Shown here one piece after another: positions 10,449 to 22,467 of a stretch of DNA of 64,000 bases. Positions within the stretch are counted from its first letter, which is position 1, and every line of letters starts with the position of its first letter. The stretch is from a virus. The stretch covers positions 6,476 to 70,475 of the IMG/VR virus record IMGVR_UViG_3300027782_000078. One strand, given 5' to 3'. Both the position numbers and the translations under genes were made by a program. A model generated the notes under the pieces. It searched no databases. It saw only the letters and a list, made by a program, of their open reading frames with translations, and was not told the origin of the DNA.

Positions 10449-12053
10449 TTATGAAAAAATTGTTCGCATTCCAAAAACCTGCTGTTTTGTAACGCCGCTA
10501 CCACCCGTGCCGTTCGATGCTGCAGTGATTCGTCCTTTTGCGTCAACCGTAATGTTAGCTGCTGTGTACGAACCCGCAGTTACTGCCGTTGTAGCCAGTG
10601 TCAGGGTAATCGCGGTTGTACCCGAACCAGAAGCGTCTCCGCTCACGGTAATGGACTGGTTTCCTGTCAGGTACGTTGCGGTATCGAGCGACCACGTGTC
10701 GGCAGCCGTCTTCTTCAAGAGTCCCGATGTCCCGGCCAAACCGGCAATTGCCGTCAGGTCTGCATCCAGAGGCTGGGCATCGGTGATTCCGTACCCAGCC
10801 AGAGTGGTGGGGTTCGTTCCGGCAGTGACCCGACCCTTGGTGTCTACCGTGACGCTTCGGTATGTACTGGCGCTGACTCCCGTTGTAGCCAGTGTCAGGG
10901 TAATCGCGGTTGTACCCGAACCAGAAGCGTCTCCGCTCACGGTAATGGACTGGTTTCCTGTCAGATACGTTGCGGTATCCAGCGACCACGTGTCAGCAGC
11001 CGTCTTTTTCAAAAATCCCGATGTCCCGGTTAACGCGGCAATTGCTGTCAAGTCCGCGTCACCGGCCTGTTTTGCGTTGAACGTCGTCCAGTCGGCTGCA
11101 CTCAATGCGCCTCTGTTCTCAGCAGATGCTGTGGGAATGTTCAGCGTGATCACAGGAGTGGTAGTGCCGGTAGCAACCGACGATCCCACATCAGTACCTG
11201 TCGTACCGATGGTAAGTGCAGCCACGCTCGTAACGGTACCCTTGTTGTTGAACGTCGTCCAGTCGGCGGAGCTCAAATAACCATTTGCACTGCTTGTGGC
11301 TGAAGCCATGCTTATTGTTGCTGCGCCATTAGTGATTGCGACGGATACTGGGGCCGTACCAATGACATTTGATAAAGTTGTTTTCTCAAGTCCGATGATT
11401 AATCCATCGCTGCTAATCGAGAATACCGAACTATCGCCTGACCATGATGCTGTTCCGCTGGATGCAGAGGTGATTCTTCCTTGAGCATCAACGGTGATAT
11501 TTGCGGCTGTATACGAACCTGCAGCGACAGTAGTGCTTGCCAATGCAATCGTCACTGAAGCAGAGCCGTTAAAGCTTGTTCCCGACAGCCCTGTGCCTAT
11601 AGTCAATGCATTGGTGGTGGTGCCGGAACTTCCACCTCCGCCAGTGCCTGAAACCTGCGTCCATGTTCCCGGAGAGCCAGCAGTGGTGCATATCCATATC
11701 TTGCCTGTGCGATCAACGACCACATCACCGACGAGATATGTGCCTCCGAGTGGAGCGCCACTGGCAATACCGCCGACGAATCTGGCTCCCGCATTGACAT
11801 CAGAACTGATGCCAGTAAGAGACAGATAAGGAACAGTTGCTGCTCCGGCAGAAACCGTTAGCCCCCCAGCGGATACCGTGGCTCCACCAAGCGTAACAGT
11901 CAATCCGCCGGAGTCAATGGTTGCTCCGCCTGTCGTGACCTTGAGGCCCGCGGCGACTTCTGTGCCTTGAGCAATGGCACCGATAGTCAGGCCGCCGGTG
12001 ACTACCTGACTACCAACAACGTCAACGCTGTTTGTGGCCGTAAAACTCGGCAT
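10449..12053 (-). CDS. Tail fibre protein with internal repeats
   Basis: 534 aa; DADLTAIA, ITVDAKGRIT and GYLSSADWTTFNNK repeats. Confidence 0.8.
   Translation of the reverse strand: MPSFTATNSVDVVGSQVVTGGLTIGAIAQGTEVAAGLKVTTGGATIDSGGLTVTLGGATVSAGGLTVSAGAATVPYLSLTGISSDVNAGARFVGGIASGAPLGGTYLVGDVVVDRTGKIWICTTAGSPGTWTQVSGTGGGGSSGTTTNALTIGTGLSGTSFNGSASVTIALASTTVAAGSYTAANITVDAQGRITSASSGTASWSGDSSVFSISSDGLIIGLEKTTLSNVIGTAPVSVAITNGAATISMASATSSANGYLSSADWTTFNNKGTVTSVAALTIGTTGTDVGSSVATGTTTPVITLNIPTASAENRGALSAADWTTFNAKQAGDADLTAIAALTGTSGFLKKTAADTWSLDTATYLTGNQSITVSGDASGSGTTAITLTLATTGVSASTYRSVTVDTKGRVTAGTNPTTLAGYGITDAQPLDADLTAIAGLAGTSGLLKKTAADTWSLDTATYLTGNQSITVSGDASGSGTTAITLTLATTAVTAGSYTAANITVDAKGRITAASNGTGGSGVTKQQVFGMRTIFS
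10591..11050. repeat. Intragenic direct repeat, 294-bp period
   Basis: gtagccagtgtcagggtaatcgcggttgtacccgaaccagaagcg... at 10591 and 10885. Confidence 0.85.
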
Positions 12054-12061
12054 TATTAATC

Positions 12062-14890
12062 CTATCCGGCTTCAGTGGTCTGGATATTGACTGTCCAGTT
12101 GATTGTCTTGGATGCAATGCCCTTTACTTGAATATCAATGGAGTCCGAAACGACAGCATTATCCGATTGTACCGTAATTTCCAGCGCTGTCTGGCTTGCG
12201 TCAGCAGCAGCAATGACCACCGGGTCACCGAGCAACGTCAACGTTCCGCCAGTGGATGTCTTTCGAAACACTGCGGAGATTTCCCATGCGGCACCAGCGG
12301 AGTCGGTCGAATTCCACGCCGTAATATAAATCTTGGCAAACCACGTCGTGCCAACGGTAGTGGGTAGCGCAATGACGTTACTCGATGTTGGCGTCGTCAC
12401 ACCCGCACTTGTCAAACGAGTTACCGTTGCGTTTGTAGTTTGTCCATACAGAAGATAGACACCAACTCTGCGATAGCCTGCCGCAACGGTATTGCTGTTT
12501 GATCCCAAATTAAAGTACGTGGCGTTACCTGTGTGAAGAAGCTGATATTCCGCAGTGGTGTTTTGAACAAACAACGAGGAGGATTTGTTGTACAGTCGAA
12601 GATCGGTACTGGTCGGCGCTGCGACCGATGCCTGCGACTTGAATACCTCAAAGATATTCTGTGTTGAGGAAGTTGCAAATATTGGAGAAGTGATTGTAGG
12701 GCTTTGATCAAGAACTGCTTTTCCTGTACCGACAATATCGCTAATCTGAGTGCCATTAATGCGAAACACATTTCCAGCACCAACCGTGTCAAACGTCTTG
12801 TTGGTGAACGTATCGGTCGTCGCCTTACCGACGAGCGTATCAGTGCTTGTGGGAAGCGTCAGTGTTCCCGTATTGACAATGGACGAGAAATTCGGCGTTG
12901 TCAGGGAGGGGCTGGTTGCAAGCACTACCGATCCAGTTCCTGTTTTAGCGGTAATCGCCGTTCCAGCAATGCTGAATGAGTTGCCACTACCTCCGGTGTC
13001 GAACGTCTTGTTCGTGAACGTATCGGTCGTTGCCCTACCGACGAGCGTATCAGTGCTTATCGGAAGCGTCAGTGTTCCCGTATTGACAATGGACGAGAAA
13101 TTCGGCGTTGTCAGGGAAGGGCTGGTCGCAAGAACTACCGATCCAGTTCCTGTTTTAGCGGTAATCGCCGTTCCAGCAATGCTGAATGAGTTGCCACTAC
13201 CTCCGGTGTCGAACGTCTTGTTCGTGAATGTATCAGTCGTTGCCTTACCGACGAGCGTGTCTGTTGTTGACGGAAAGGTAATATTAATATTTGCCGCAAG
13301 CGAAGCGGGGGAAGCCAGTGTGATGGTCTTCGGCGTTCCTGTGTTGTCATTGAACAAAAGCCCGGAGTACGCAATGGTCTTTCCCGATAACGTCATCGTG
13401 TTGGAATTGGTTGCGACAACAGCGGTATCAATGCTCAGGGTATTTCCACTCTTGAGCAGGGGAGCAGTGACTTGTACCTGTCCCGCACCCGAGAACTGCG
13501 AGAAGGAGATAGCGGTTGTACCGACATTGATCGGTGCTTCTCCAGCCGTTTGCAGAACATAACCAATGGCCGCATTGACGGTACCGTATCCGGTGAAGAC
13601 GAATGCACCCGGCGCAACGAACGAAGAAATTCCCGCAGGAAAATCAGCAGCACGTACCCATGCAGTTGTTTGCGCAATGTAGATACCATTTTGCGTTGCA
13701 GTGGTCTGATCCTTAACCAAGACCCGCATACCAGATGTCAATGATGTGGAAGCAACAGTCTGACTAACTGAGACTTGGTACGTTCCTGTTCCTCCAACGG
13801 TGCCTGTCAACTGCTGGACAATGTATGTATTCGTCTGCGCAGAGCCGCCAAGAATAACATGTTCCGGCTCCAGTGTTCCTGCAGATATTGCCGTGACCGT
13901 CAGTGTTGTGCCACTGATCGCGCCAGTAAATACCGCCGCATAAATAACATGACCGTCGATGGTGAATGTTGACGCCGCTGCCGCGTTGGTGATAAGCGTA
14001 GAAATATCTGAAACCGTTGCAACGTGGACCGAGTCCTTGACATCAAGTCCTGTGCGATACGTATCCACATACGCCTTGTTGACGCCATCGGTGGATTGTG
14101 TAGGTGCGCCGACACTAGTGATTCTTGCTCCGCCGACATCAATCGTTCCGGTTCCGGTTGCAACAAGATTGACGTTCTGATTGCTTCCTCCTGCGGTGAA
14201 TGTCAATGCTCCTGTACCAGTGATCGATCCAGTCGAAGTGCCCGTTCCGCCATACGCAACTGCAACGGTGGTTCCTTGCCACACGCCTGTTGCAATGGTT
14301 CCAACACTGGTAAGCGACGAGCTGACAACAGCGGTGCCGAGTGCCGTTGCGGAAAGAGTGGTGACTCCGTTGATCTTGAACGTCTTGCCGGTAGCAATGC
14401 TCAGATCATTATTGACGGTAGTAGTTCCGCTAGACGCGCCAATGTTGAGTGTTGTTGCTGCTCCGGCGAAATTAATCGTGGTGGCATTTGTATTGACAAG
14501 ATTGAACGATGCAGATGCTGTGTCAATTGCTGTGCCAATTTTTGCGGCACCGGCAGCAAGTAGGGAATAATTGTCTGTTCCTGCTCCGGTTGGAGCGGCA
14601 AGAGCCAGCGTGTACGCATTGGTTCGTGTGCCTGCTCCAGCAGGAGCGGCAATGTACGCACCATATGCGTTCGTCAAGGTAAACGTAGAAGCAATGGCTG
14701 GACTATTTACATAGAGACCATAGGCATCAGCGATACTTGCTCCAACCGCAAGGCTATTGACGGTCAATACCGCACTGCCAGTGGTATTCTGACTTGCCCG
14801 TGTTACTGTCAACCCACCTAGTGCATCTGAACCTTCAATAGGTGTGGTAAATGTTGTTTGTTTTGCGGCGCTAAATGTTACGACAGCCAT
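12062..14890 (-). CDS. Tail fibre protein
   Basis: 942 aa; DGVNKAYVD...RVLVKDQT...QNGIY..W.RA.D fibre domain; TDTLVG.ATTDTFTNKT repeats. Confidence 0.8.
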   Translation of the reverse strand: MAVVTFSAAKQTTFTTPIEGSDALGGLTVTRASQNTTGSAVLTVNSLAVGASIADAYGLYVNSPAIASTFTLTNAYGAYIAAPAGAGTRTNAYTLALAAPTGAGTDNYSLLAAGAAKIGTAIDTASASFNLVNTNATTINFAGAATTLNIGASSGTTTVNNDLSIATGKTFKINGVTTLSATALGTAVVSSSLTSVGTIATGVWQGTTVAVAYGGTGTSTGSITGTGALTFTAGGSNQNVNLVATGTGTIDVGGARITSVGAPTQSTDGVNKAYVDTYRTGLDVKDSVHVATVSDISTLITNAAAASTFTIDGHVIYAAVFTGAISGTTLTVTAISAGTLEPEHVILGGSAQTNTYIVQQLTGTVGGTGTYQVSVSQTVASTSLTSGMRVLVKDQTTATQNGIYIAQTTAWVRAADFPAGISSFVAPGAFVFTGYGTVNAAIGYVLQTAGEAPINVGTTAISFSQFSGAGQVQVTAPLLKSGNTLSIDTAVVATNSNTMTLSGKTIAYSGLLFNDNTGTPKTITLASPASLAANINITFPSTTDTLVGKATTDTFTNKTFDTGGSGNSFSIAGTAITAKTGTGSVVLATSPSLTTPNFSSIVNTGTLTLPISTDTLVGRATTDTFTNKTFDTGGSGNSFSIAGTAITAKTGTGSVVLATSPSLTTPNFSSIVNTGTLTLPTSTDTLVGKATTDTFTNKTFDTVGAGNVFRINGTQISDIVGTGKAVLDQSPTITSPIFATSSTQNIFEVFKSQASVAAPTSTDLRLYNKSSSLFVQNTTAEYQLLHTGNATYFNLGSNSNTVAAGYRRVGVYLLYGQTTNATVTRLTSAGVTTPTSSNVIALPTTVGTTWFAKIYITAWNSTDSAGAAWEISAVFRKTSTGGTLTLLGDPVVIAAADASQTALEITVQSDNAVVSDSIDIQVKGIASKTINWTVNIQTTEAG
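12786..13262. repeat. Intragenic tandem repeat, 210-bp (70-aa) period
   Basis: gtgtc(a/g)aacgtcttgtt... recurs at 12786, 12996 and 13206. Confidence 0.85.
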
Positions 14891-14891
14891 G

Positions 14892-15338
14892 CTAGACCTC
14901 CGTCAATACAATTGTTGCAATCCAATTAATTACAGTATATTGAACTATTCCAGTACACTGTATGCTTAATGATCCATACGTGGTATTTTCAGAAAGCCGA
15001 ACCTGCAATGCGGAGAGTTCCACATCTGACATGGCATCAACCATCGAAACACCAACGATGCGTACACTGCTTTCGTTCACATAACGATGCACAAGCGCAT
15101 TCATATTCCAACGAGCGGAATATTTGGGATTTGTATCGGTAGAAGCAACAATGGTTATTTGGCATGCATACGCAGCATTTGATCTAATGATTAATGAATT
15201 TAAACTGTTTTCAATGGCGTTCCCATTTTTTGTAAGAAAAGTTGTGCCAGATCCTTGCGTTATTCCAGTAAGAATCAAGCCTTGATTACTTGCACTGGAG
15301 TCACTTGTGGCGCTTGTTACTCCATAAATTTTAATCAT
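14892..15338 (-). CDS. Virion protein, member of a four-copy paralogous domain family
   Basis: Start MIKIYGVTS at 15338 by TAATG overlap. Confidence 0.7.
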   Translation of the reverse strand: MIKIYGVTSATSDSSASNQGLILTGITQGSGTTFLTKNGNAIENSLNSLIIRSNAAYACQITIVASTDTNPKYSARWNMNALVHRYVNESSVRIVGVSMVDAMSDVELSALQVRLSENTTYGSLSIQCTGIVQYTVINWIATIVLTEV

Positions 15339-16071
15339 TATTTCATTTCCTTTATCCGGAAGTTTGCATTCCAATATAATTCGATATTTGGAGTTCCAGA
15401 AACGGAAATCATCAATGCGCCAATGCTGATATCCTCGTACACCTCTACGTATGTTGCAGCAAATTGCGGATCAGCAATAACGGCGGGAGGTGTCACGCCA
15501 ACCAGCTTGGTGGAATAGGTTGTCGTTTCCCTTCGGATTACGCCCGAAAATCTCCACAGACCAGCAGCACTTCCCGATGTTGTCACTGCGCCAATGCTTA
15601 CGTCAAAGATCAGTGCAGTATTGGATCCAATAACAAATGTATTGCAAAGTTTTTCAAAAGTATCTCCGCCTGTCGTAAGAAACGTGGATCCAGTTCCTTG
15701 TGTTTTTCCACGAAGGAACACTCCCTCATTAACTCCATTGAAGCAATCTGCATTTGTGACGCTTGTTACTCCATAGATCCTAGCCATTATTTTATTTCCT
15801 TTATCTGGACGTTTGCATTCCAATATAATTCAATATTTGGAGTTCCAGAAACGGAAATCATCAATGCGCCAATGCTGGTATCCTCGTACACCTCTACGTA
15901 TGTTGCAGAAAATTGCCAATCAGCAACAACAGTGGGAGTTGTCACGCCAATTAGCTTGGTGGAATAGGTTGTCGTTTCCCTTCGGATTACGCCCGCAAAT
16001 CTCCACAGACCAGCAGCACTTCCCGATGTTGTCACTGCGCCAATGCTCGCGTCAAAGATCAGTGCAGTATT
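15336..16071. repeat. ~290-bp direct repeat, copies 449 bp apart
   Basis: 15336-15622 and 15785-16071 align closely by eye with scattered substitutions. Confidence 0.9.
15338..15787 (-). CDS. Virion protein, member of the same domain family
   Basis: Start MARIYGVTS at 15787 by TAATG overlap. Confidence 0.7.
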   Translation of the reverse strand: MARIYGVTSVTNADCFNGVNEGVFLRGKTQGTGSTFLTTGGDTFEKLCNTFVIGSNTALIFDVSIGAVTTSGSAAGLWRFSGVIRRETTTYSTKLVGVTPPAVIADPQFAATYVEVYEDISIGALMISVSGTPNIELYWNANFRIKEMK

Positions 16072-16917
16072 CTGTGGCACAAAAATCAAATTATCAATGC
16101 AAGGAATGTTTCCATTGGTCGTCATGATAACCGGAGCGAGTGATCCAAACGTCACTGCCGAGAGACTTACTCCCGGCGAATCTTTATAAACAGCGCTTTC
16201 AGATGAATCGAGAACTCTTTCGCCATTTACAATCAGAGGATTTTGTTGCTCTTGTATTCCGTCCTCATAAATATCGCCAAAATCAACAGAGAACGCATAA
16301 CCGTCTGTACCAAAAATTCTTCCTGACCAATTGTGCGGATAGGTACAAGACACACTGAGCGTGCGAGCAAATGTTGATGTAGGAGCGTAGTTCTGGTCAG
16401 GACGTATGTCGCTTCCGCTATAACTTAATTCAGTTATTCCATAATGTTCAAAACTTATTATTCCCGTTTCATTGATAGGCGCAGATTCACCCTCATAAAG
16501 TGCTCGTTCCAGAAGACAGTACATGGCATTGAGCATGTCTGAATTTGGCGCAATCAAAACAAACAGGAATGTTCCTGTTTTCAATCGAACATTCTGCTGC
16601 CAATATTCCTGAGCAATTCCATCTTCGTTGTATGAGATGCCGTCATCAGCATAATTGCCAAGGACTTGTCCGGAAGGTCGGTCGTGATCTCCATCAACAA
16701 CGAGGCTGATAAGCGGAGGAGGCTGCGTCAGGACAGAGTAACCACGACCGAGTGTCCATTTGTATCGTTCGTCCTGAATCCATCGCTTGACGATTTCCCT
16801 GCCTTTTTCGTCAATGAAATTCAGTGTTTCGTCGATTTTCCAAAGATTTTTTCCAGCACGAAGTTGGTCATAGAATTCCTGAACTCTGTGTATGAAGACA
16901 TATTCCGGAATGGACAT
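15787..16917 (-). CDS. Putative neck/tail-completion protein fused to the repeated C-terminal domain
   Basis: 376 aa; position after the capsid gene; C-terminal ~95 aa nearly identical to the next gene. Confidence 0.55.
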   Translation of the reverse strand: MSIPEYVFIHRVQEFYDQLRAGKNLWKIDETLNFIDEKGREIVKRWIQDERYKWTLGRGYSVLTQPPPLISLVVDGDHDRPSGQVLGNYADDGISYNEDGIAQEYWQQNVRLKTGTFLFVLIAPNSDMLNAMYCLLERALYEGESAPINETGIISFEHYGITELSYSGSDIRPDQNYAPTSTFARTLSVSCTYPHNWSGRIFGTDGYAFSVDFGDIYEDGIQEQQNPLIVNGERVLDSSESAVYKDSPGVSLSAVTFGSLAPVIMTTNGNIPCIDNLIFVPQNTALIFDASIGAVTTSGSAAGLWRFAGVIRRETTTYSTKLIGVTTPTVVADWQFSATYVEVYEDTSIGALMISVSGTPNIELYWNANVQIKEIK

Positions 16918-16935
16918 ATTATGACCTTATTGCTT

Positions 16936-17355
16936 TCATTCGCAGAACGCGAATCCCGAACGATGAGTGACAAGATACTCTGCAACAGATTCTGGAACTT
17001 CCGATTTTCCATTCGAGTCGATATTCAGGCAAAATCCCACACCATTTGGCATGTCAAACATCCATGTAGTTGCAGACGCATCAGCGCTCCAGTCAACAAG
17101 ACGGACTTGTTTCATTGATTGACCGGTAAAGTCGTGGCGCAACGGCTCCACATATGGAGCAACAGGAGCTTCCTCCACAACAGGATTGGAGACAGCATTG
17201 GCTGCTTGCATCGCCAACGTAGCGACCAATTCGGGATCTGCTCCGTTATCAATGGCCTTGATTGCTTGCTTCGCAATCTCTGCCTGAGCCCTTGCGGATT
17301 CCTCTAATTCTGCCTTTGCCCTTGCTGCACGAACAACTGCGCTTTCCCTTGCCAT
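16936..17355 (-). CDS. Hypothetical protein downstream of the capsid gene
   Basis: 139-aa ORF with AAGGA RBS. Confidence 0.65.
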   Translation of the reverse strand: MARESAVVRAARAKAELEESARAQAEIAKQAIKAIDNGADPELVATLAMQAANAVSNPVVEEAPVAPYVEPLRHDFTGQSMKQVRLVDWSADASATTWMFDMPNGVGFCLNIDSNGKSEVPESVAEYLVTHRSGFAFCE

Positions 17356-17380
17356 GATAATTTTCCTTTTTCTTTTGACT

Positions 17381-17424
17381 AAAGCAAAGCCGCCGACACG
17401 CCTCGTGTTGAGGGCATCGGCGGC
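17381..17424 (-). terminator. Intrinsic terminator after the major capsid gene
   Basis: Minus-strand GCCGCCGA...TCGGCGGC stem followed by TTTGCTTT. Confidence 0.6.
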
Positions 17425-17461
17425 ATAGCCCGGTATGAATTATACCGCATTCAGAAGAATG

Positions 17462-19363
17462 TTATGTGAGCAGACCAACGTTCTTGAAGATGATCTGACG
17501 CTCCGGAGCCTTCACGACAAGCGTGTGATACAGGAGAAGCAGATATTCAAACGTCGTGCTGACAGGCGCCAACGGCATCTTGAGCAGCGGAGACATCTGA
17601 GCAACTACAAGGTCCGCAGGATTACGGCACAGAAGTGGCGCAAGATTTGTATCAGGCATCGAGTTGTTGTACAACTCCGACGTGCCATTACGATCAATCC
17701 AAACCTGACGCGTTGTTGTGCTGCTCGCCTTACCGTCAATGTCGTATCCGACATAACGCCAATCGGGATCTGTAGCCGATGGCGTAATACCAGTCTTCTT
17801 GGTAATCCGGTAAATACGATAGACGCGAGCAGCTGAGGTGCCAGTTGATGCGCTGCGAGCATACTGCACGCGAACTTGCTTGTTGCTTCCACTCACAGTG
17901 ACGCCGGTGGACGAAACGGTCATTAATGATTCGCCTGAATCATTCACCGCAGAAACTCCATACCAGTACTTATCAGTACCACTGTAGGTCGAGAAATTGC
18001 TGGTATTGGCGTACGAGACCGCCACAGATCCCTGATAGATGTTAGCATCCAGAACAGGCTTCACAGTACCACCAGTTACGCCCGCTCCGGTAGCAACAAA
18101 CACCTTTCCAACTGCAGTACCATCTGCAGTCCCCACCAGTCCGGGGAATGTGGCGCTTCCACTAAAAGCCGTAACAATATACGTCGTGTCTGCAACAAGA
18201 CTGCTGCTGCCAACGGGATCTGCTGAGCCGCTTACAAGAAGTCCCGGAATCGTGGATCCCATCGCAACAGAAGAGAGTGCATCAATGACGGTGGGAGCAC
18301 TAGGAGATCCGGGATCAGCAGCACCACCGGCGACATCCAGAGGCAGACCGCCCTCGACCGGCTCAGTGAAGATGGACCACTCGAAAGGAATGACTCCGAA
18401 CGATGTCGCCTGACCAACCACCGAAAGACCGGCGATCAAATCGGTACGTGCTGAAGTAGTCAGGTCCGCACGATCAACACGGGTTCCGGGACCGTCAATG
18501 CTGTTGATGCCACTGAGAGCACCTTGGGCATCTCTGCCCTGCGAATAGATCGTGCTGTAGCGCAGCTTGCCAAGATCCTCGATGTTGCGAGGCGACATGA
18601 AAAGCGTCACATCATTGAAGGAAAGCAGCTTGCCTTCCGTCACCAGCCGTGTCGCCGCATTGGCAATCGCATCAAGCGTCAACGGCCTGCCCTGCAAGTC
18701 AATGATGCTCTTTGTGCGCTGAGTCGTGAGCTGCTTGAGGATTCCATCGTAGTTGGATTCCGTGCCGTCGCCGTCCTTGATGTCATCATCTCCATACATG
18801 ATCGCGCGTTCGACGCGCTGCATGAAGTCCATCGTGCGGCCGAGCTGATCTTCAGCGACGGGATCCATGGACATTCCACCAAGAATGTTCGTCAAAACGA
18901 CCGGATGAGTCACTCCACCCTTCGTTCCGAGGAACTTGATGTATGCCCCGTTTCTCGACCACTGACCCTTGCCACCATTGGGCAACCCACCTTCACGGAA
19001 TCCGAAGAAACCACGGGTCGAACCGTAGCTCTCACGGCGATTCCACTGATAGAATGGCTGCTTGCTAGGCTCCTTGTGAAGGAATCGGAAGATCTTGAGA
19101 TGCTCGGCCGTCGCGAGAACCGAGGTCATGGTGTTGTCAAGGTTTTCAAGACGCAACGCGCTGGCTTCGCCAGCGGGAAACGATCCGCCTGTTGTAATAG
19201 CTCCGTAGGTGTTGATACCGGTGCCAAGTGCCTTGCGAATTTCGTCAACAACCTCATCGCCACCGAACTGCTGACGCGACCAGTCCCGCACGATCATGTC
19301 AAACGACTTGTTGAGCGGTTCCGGCTTCTTATAGTGCTGGGGGAATTGTGTCAAAAGGGCCAT
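17462..19363 (-). CDS. Major capsid protein, SPO1/Twort-like
   Basis: ALRLENLD..M......H..IF..L...P motif, ERAIMYGD, IIDLQGRPL, LLKMPLA; follows protease and scaffold; AGGAGGA RBS. Confidence 0.85.
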   Translation of the reverse strand: MALLTQFPQHYKKPEPLNKSFDMIVRDWSRQQFGGDEVVDEIRKALGTGINTYGAITTGGSFPAGEASALRLENLDNTMTSVLATAEHLKIFRFLHKEPSKQPFYQWNRRESYGSTRGFFGFREGGLPNGGKGQWSRNGAYIKFLGTKGGVTHPVVLTNILGGMSMDPVAEDQLGRTMDFMQRVERAIMYGDDDIKDGDGTESNYDGILKQLTTQRTKSIIDLQGRPLTLDAIANAATRLVTEGKLLSFNDVTLFMSPRNIEDLGKLRYSTIYSQGRDAQGALSGINSIDGPGTRVDRADLTTSARTDLIAGLSVVGQATSFGVIPFEWSIFTEPVEGGLPLDVAGGAADPGSPSAPTVIDALSSVAMGSTIPGLLVSGSADPVGSSSLVADTTYIVTAFSGSATFPGLVGTADGTAVGKVFVATGAGVTGGTVKPVLDANIYQGSVAVSYANTSNFSTYSGTDKYWYGVSAVNDSGESLMTVSSTGVTVSGSNKQVRVQYARSASTGTSAARVYRIYRITKKTGITPSATDPDWRYVGYDIDGKASSTTTRQVWIDRNGTSELYNNSMPDTNLAPLLCRNPADLVVAQMSPLLKMPLAPVSTTFEYLLLLYHTLVVKAPERQIIFKNVGLLT

Positions 19364-19392
19364 TTTTTTCTCCTCCTAGTTTAAGACGTTGA

Positions 19393-21411
<2,019 letters not shown>

Positions 21412-21428
21412 CGGTTTCTCCTTTATGC

Positions 21429-22379
21429 CTAGTGCAAGATTTTTAGTGCCAATGCCAGAATATCTGCTGCTTCATTTGGATCCATATTAGCACAATGTAC
21501 CAAATGATCAAGTGCGCCACGTTTTCCAAAAACAAACCGGTCATTCTTTTTACAGTTTCTACCGTCTTTGCATTCAGTATAAAGTTTAGAAAGAATATAT
21601 TCAGGGCTTGTTTTTTTATCTCTTGAGCTAGCAAGATATTCTTTTTTAAGCGCCCCAATATCTCCCAATCCGATTGTTTTTCTTATATTAGGTTCTATTG
21701 ATTGTACCAAATGACCAAAGCTTTTGAAGATAAAATGCGGCACATTATTATCAATAACATCAACAAGAACGCTATCGTGAACTTTGAATCCTTGACTCTT
21801 GGCGACAACGCAGCGTGCAACTGACTGGGCGTTGACGGGCTCGTGTGTTGCCGCCATGTGACGGACAACGGTCTCGACAAGCATGTGACCCTGTCTCATG
21901 CGAACGCCGCCTTCAACAGAAAATCCCAATGATCGGTCATTGCCAACACCCTGCGTGTCAGACAGCGCCTTGGCAAGTTGCCAAACAGCGTCGGCACGAG
22001 GAACTCCATCGAAGAGCAACGCACGAAAAAATGTGCACGGCTTGCCATTCGGTGTTGTTGGGCCACCTTCCATCTTGATGACTTCCAGCGGCTTGCCGAT
22101 CTGATCCTCAGGAGAATGCGAGTGATTCCAGTTCAAGTATCCCTTTTCCAACAAGTACGAGCAGTCCATCTTGTCCTGCATGACTATTTCGCCTTGCTGG
22201 TCCTTGTCCTCTGTTGATGCAATTCCTTCAATAATTTTTCCATGCTTCTTTTCGCCAGTATCATTGGTGTATTCACCAACATACGACTTTGAAAATCGCA
22301 ATGGAAATTCAAACGTTGCATTCATTCCTTCTGAAAGCAAAGTCTTACGATGTTGTTGAAGAGAAATTTGTGTAATCAT
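21429..22379 (-). CDS. Prohead protease
   Basis: IIEGIASTEDKDQQGEIV...GYLNWNH...IGKP...LGFSVEG...PVN motifs. Confidence 0.85.
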   Translation of the reverse strand: MITQISLQQHRKTLLSEGMNATFEFPLRFSKSYVGEYTNDTGEKKHGKIIEGIASTEDKDQQGEIVMQDKMDCSYLLEKGYLNWNHSHSPEDQIGKPLEVIKMEGGPTTPNGKPCTFFRALLFDGVPRADAVWQLAKALSDTQGVGNDRSLGFSVEGGVRMRQGHMLVETVVRHMAATHEPVNAQSVARCVVAKSQGFKVHDSVLVDVIDNNVPHFIFKSFGHLVQSIEPNIRKTIGLGDIGALKKEYLASSRDKKTSPEYILSKLYTECKDGRNCKKNDRFVFGKRGALDHLVHCANMDPNEAADILALALKILH

Positions 22380-22393
22380 GATTTTATTATACA

Positions 22394-22443
22394 CAAAAAA
22401 ATGCCATCGTTCCCTTTGTTTTTACAAAAGGAAAGCGATGGCA
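22394..22443 (-). terminator. Intrinsic terminator abutting a TATAAT box (22386-22391)
   Basis: TGCCATCG...CGATGGCA stem plus a T run on the minus strand. Confidence 0.65.
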
Positions 22444-22467
22444 CTATGAAAACGGAACAGCAGTTAT

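Noticed and set aside
15336-16071. Diversity-generating retroelement TR/VR pair
   Set aside because: Mismatches involve all four bases rather than adenines only, both copies are coding, and no reverse transcriptase is present.
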